Shown one piece after another: positions 23,594-24,757 of a DNA stretch of 24,757 bases; within the stretch, counting starts at the first letter, position 1, and each line of letters begins with the position of its first letter. Position numbers and translations under genes: made by a program. Under the pieces are notes generated by a model that saw only the letters and a program-made list of their open reading frames with translations, made no database searches and was not told the origin of the DNA. The stretch spans positions 1-24,757 of the IMG/VR virus record IMGVR_UViG_3300025838_000129. One strand, given 5' to 3'. The stretch is from a virus (Duplodnaviria; Caudoviricetes).

Positions 23594-24022
23594 CTAAGGT
23601 TTATTTTTACCACACCATGTGTCTGTTTGAGAATGACAATTTGGACATAATAATCTTAAATTATCTTTAAGATGGTCCGAACTATCTCCATTTTTATGGT
23701 CTAATTGCATTACAATTGGTTTGTTATTATGTTCAGTAATTCCACAACAAGAACATTTATTCTCAAAAACACCATCACGAATTAATCGTTTTCTCAATTT
23801 ATTAGTTTGATAATGTGGATGTAATCCTTCCAATATTTCATTAGTTGGAATTTTTAATCCATCTCCACCACCATTACTGAATTCTAAACCAAGCATTTTA
23901 CATTTTCTCCAAATGGTAATACTTGGTACTTTAAATTTTACCGCTAATTTACCTAAATGTTTTTCTTGATTATAAGCCTCAATTAATTCACTATCGGTAA
24001 AACTATTTTGCCTTTGTTTCAT
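23594..24022 (-). CDS. HNH endonuclease with N-terminal HTH-like region
   Basis: LAVKFKVPSITIWR (HTH-like), KCSCC and MQLDHKNGDSSDHLKDNLRLLCPNCHSQT; AAGGAG RBS. Confidence 0.92.
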   Translation of the reverse strand: MKQRQNSFTDSELIEAYNQEKHLGKLAVKFKVPSITIWRKCKMLGLEFSNGGGDGLKIPTNEILEGLHPHYQTNKLRKRLIRDGVFENKCSCCGITEHNNKPIVMQLDHKNGDSSDHLKDNLRLLCPNCHSQTDTWCGKNKP

Positions 24023-24034
24023 AATAATCTCCTT

Positions 24035-24048
24035 TACTTATATTTAGT
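24035..24048 (-). promoter_or_regulatory. Late-promoter variants (CTAAATA / TATAAGTA) upstream of the HNH gene
   Basis: - strand ACTAAATATAAGTA, inside an imperfect AATCT..TTACT / AGTAA..AGATT hairpin. Confidence 0.5.
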
Positions 24049-24066
24049 AATAGCAGATTTCAAATC

Positions 24067-24150
24067 TGGTGGGTCGTACTGGGATCGAACCAGTCGTGCC
24101 AGAAGCGGCGGGTTTACAGCCCGCTGAATCACCATTGATTCTTCCGACCC
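24067..24150 (-). tRNA. tRNA-Tyr(GUA)
   Basis: GCGGG-CT-GTA-AA-CCCGC, long variable arm, GGTTCGATCCC, ACCA; A at position 8 and G7:A66 mismatch. Confidence 0.9.
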
Positions 24151-24156
24151 AAAATT

Positions 24157-24231
24157 TGGTACTCGATAGCAGAGTTGAACTGCTCTTACATGGATGAAAA
24201 CCATGTGTCCTAACCGATAGACGAACCGAGT
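24157..24231 (-). tRNA. tRNA-Glu(UUC)
   Basis: CATGG-TT-TTC-AT-CCATG, GTC-TATCGGTTAG-GAC D-arm, ACCA end. Confidence 0.92.
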
Positions 24232-24239
24232 AAACGACC

Positions 24240-24268
24240 ATTATACTAGACAATGAATAGTTTGTCTA
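24240..24268 (-). promoter_or_regulatory. sigma70-like promoter for the tRNA-Glu/Tyr cluster, overlapped by a 10-bp inverted repeat
   Basis: TAGACA (24268-24263) - 17 nt - TATAAT (24245-24240); TACTAGACAA/TTGTCTAGTA. Confidence 0.75.
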
Positions 24269-24312
24269 GTAATACTTTTGGTATTGTTGTTTTGGTACAA
24301 CACTTTACAAAT

Positions 24313-24355
24313 ACAGTCTATAGGTTGTAAAATACAAATACAGGGCATAGACTGT
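24313..24355 (-). other. 9-bp hairpin 3' of tRNA-Trp (possible weak terminator or processing site)
   Basis: ACAGTCTAT/ATAGACTGT with a 25-nt loop, followed on the - strand by ATTTGT. Confidence 0.35.
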
Positions 24356-24362
24356 TAAAACT

Positions 24363-24436
24363 TGGCATCCCGCTACGGAATCGAACCGCAACTAAGGCGT
24401 TTGGAGTGCCTTGTGCTACCACTACACCAGCGAGAA
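24363..24436 (-). tRNA. tRNA-Trp(CCA)
   Basis: CT-CCA-AA loop, G73, GGTTCGATTCC, GCCA end; U1:U72 and A31:C39 mismatches. Confidence 0.9.
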
Positions 24437-24440
24437 TCGG

Positions 24441-24474
24441 AAAACAAAAAACCCAAGATGTTTAGTCTTGGGTT
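24441..24474 (-). terminator. Intrinsic terminator directly upstream of tRNA-Trp (attenuator)
   Basis: AACCCAAGA-CTAAACA-TCTTGGGTT followed by TTTTGTTTT; ends 4 nt before tRNA position 1. Confidence 0.85.
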
Positions 24475-24513
24475 CGTATAAACTTTGTTACTTAAAAATT
24501 TACAAACGAACCC
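24470..24513 (-). promoter_or_regulatory. Antiterminator hairpin mutually exclusive with the terminator
   Basis: GGGTTCGT (24513-24506) / ACGAACCC (24477-24470) plus GTAAATTTT/AAAGTTTAT; shares AACCC with the terminator 5' arm. Confidence 0.75.
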
Positions 24514-24571
24514 CACTACACCATGTTCCTGATGTATGATAATTGGAGATGTTTATTAAAATATTTTTCAT
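24500..24571 (-). CDS. Putative attenuator leader peptide (23 aa, single Trp)
   Basis: MKNILINISNYHTSGTWCSGVRL*; TGG at 24523-24521; the last codons overlap the antiterminator 5' arm. Confidence 0.65.
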   Translation of the reverse strand: MKNILINISNYHTSGTWCSGVRL

Positions 24572-24595
24572 GTTCTTTTATATAGGTTACTTTTT

Positions 24596-24757
24596 TTATT
24601 TCCAACCTAATTTTTTCGTTTCAATTTCCGCATTTGGATTAGAAATGCCTTCAAATACTTTCCACAACTTTTCTTTAGATGCAAATTTTGTAAATAATCC
24701 AGGTTCCATGCCATGTGCTTCTACTTCCCATGGCTGAACCCAATAATCAATATCATC
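24596..24757 (-). CDS. C-terminal part of a putative zincin-like metallopeptidase phage protein (5' part outside window)
   Basis: ...DDIDYWVQPWEVEAHGMEPGLF...KLGWK*; a Y-x3-PWE-x-EA motif typically follows HExxH in phage proteins. Confidence 0.6.
   Translation of the reverse strand, partial: DDIDYWVQPWEVEAHGMEPGLFTKFASKEKLWKVFEGISNPNAEIETKKLGWK

Noticed and set aside
24044-24253. 69-aa - strand ORF
   Set aside because: It overlaps tRNA-Glu and tRNA-Tyr entirely.
1-24757. CRISPR array or stop-codon reassignment
   Set aside because: No regularly spaced direct repeats were seen. Genes are intact in the standard code, end in TAA, TGA and TAG, and there is no suppressor anticodon.

Overview
AT-rich fragment of a T4-like (myovirus) phage genome, with nearly all genes on the - strand. 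In transcription order (right to left) it contains the following. (i) A tRNA/ncRNA region (about 21.1-24.6 kb) with 8 tRNAs (Trp, Glu, Tyr, Arg, Ile2, Thr, Gly, fMet-like), two 70-nt non-canonical Gly-acceptor tRNA-like genes, two HNH endonucleases, GroES, small basic ORFs and several stem-closed candidate ncRNAs. (ii) A GT-B glycosyltransferase. (iii) The replication block: Sm-like protein, gp43 polymerase, a membrane protein, UvsX, gp40-like, gp41 helicase and a DUF4338/DruA-like protein. (iv) A PD-(D/E)xK-like protein followed by a glycosyltransferase/methyltransferase cluster. (v) A late operon of probably capsid-packaged proteins: a His-rich RNA-ligase-like protein, a HIGH-nucleotidyltransferase/P-loop kinase fusion and I/L-x-E-rich internal proteins. 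The best novelty candidate is an apparent ribosome-mediated attenuator (Trp-codon leader peptide with overlapping antiterminator/terminator) placed directly before the tRNA-Trp gene. The next best are the non-canonical tRNA-Gly-like RNAs, the virion-targeted ligase/NTase/kinase module and a nested out-of-frame gene. All calls come from reading motifs by eye; no database searches or folding programs were run.
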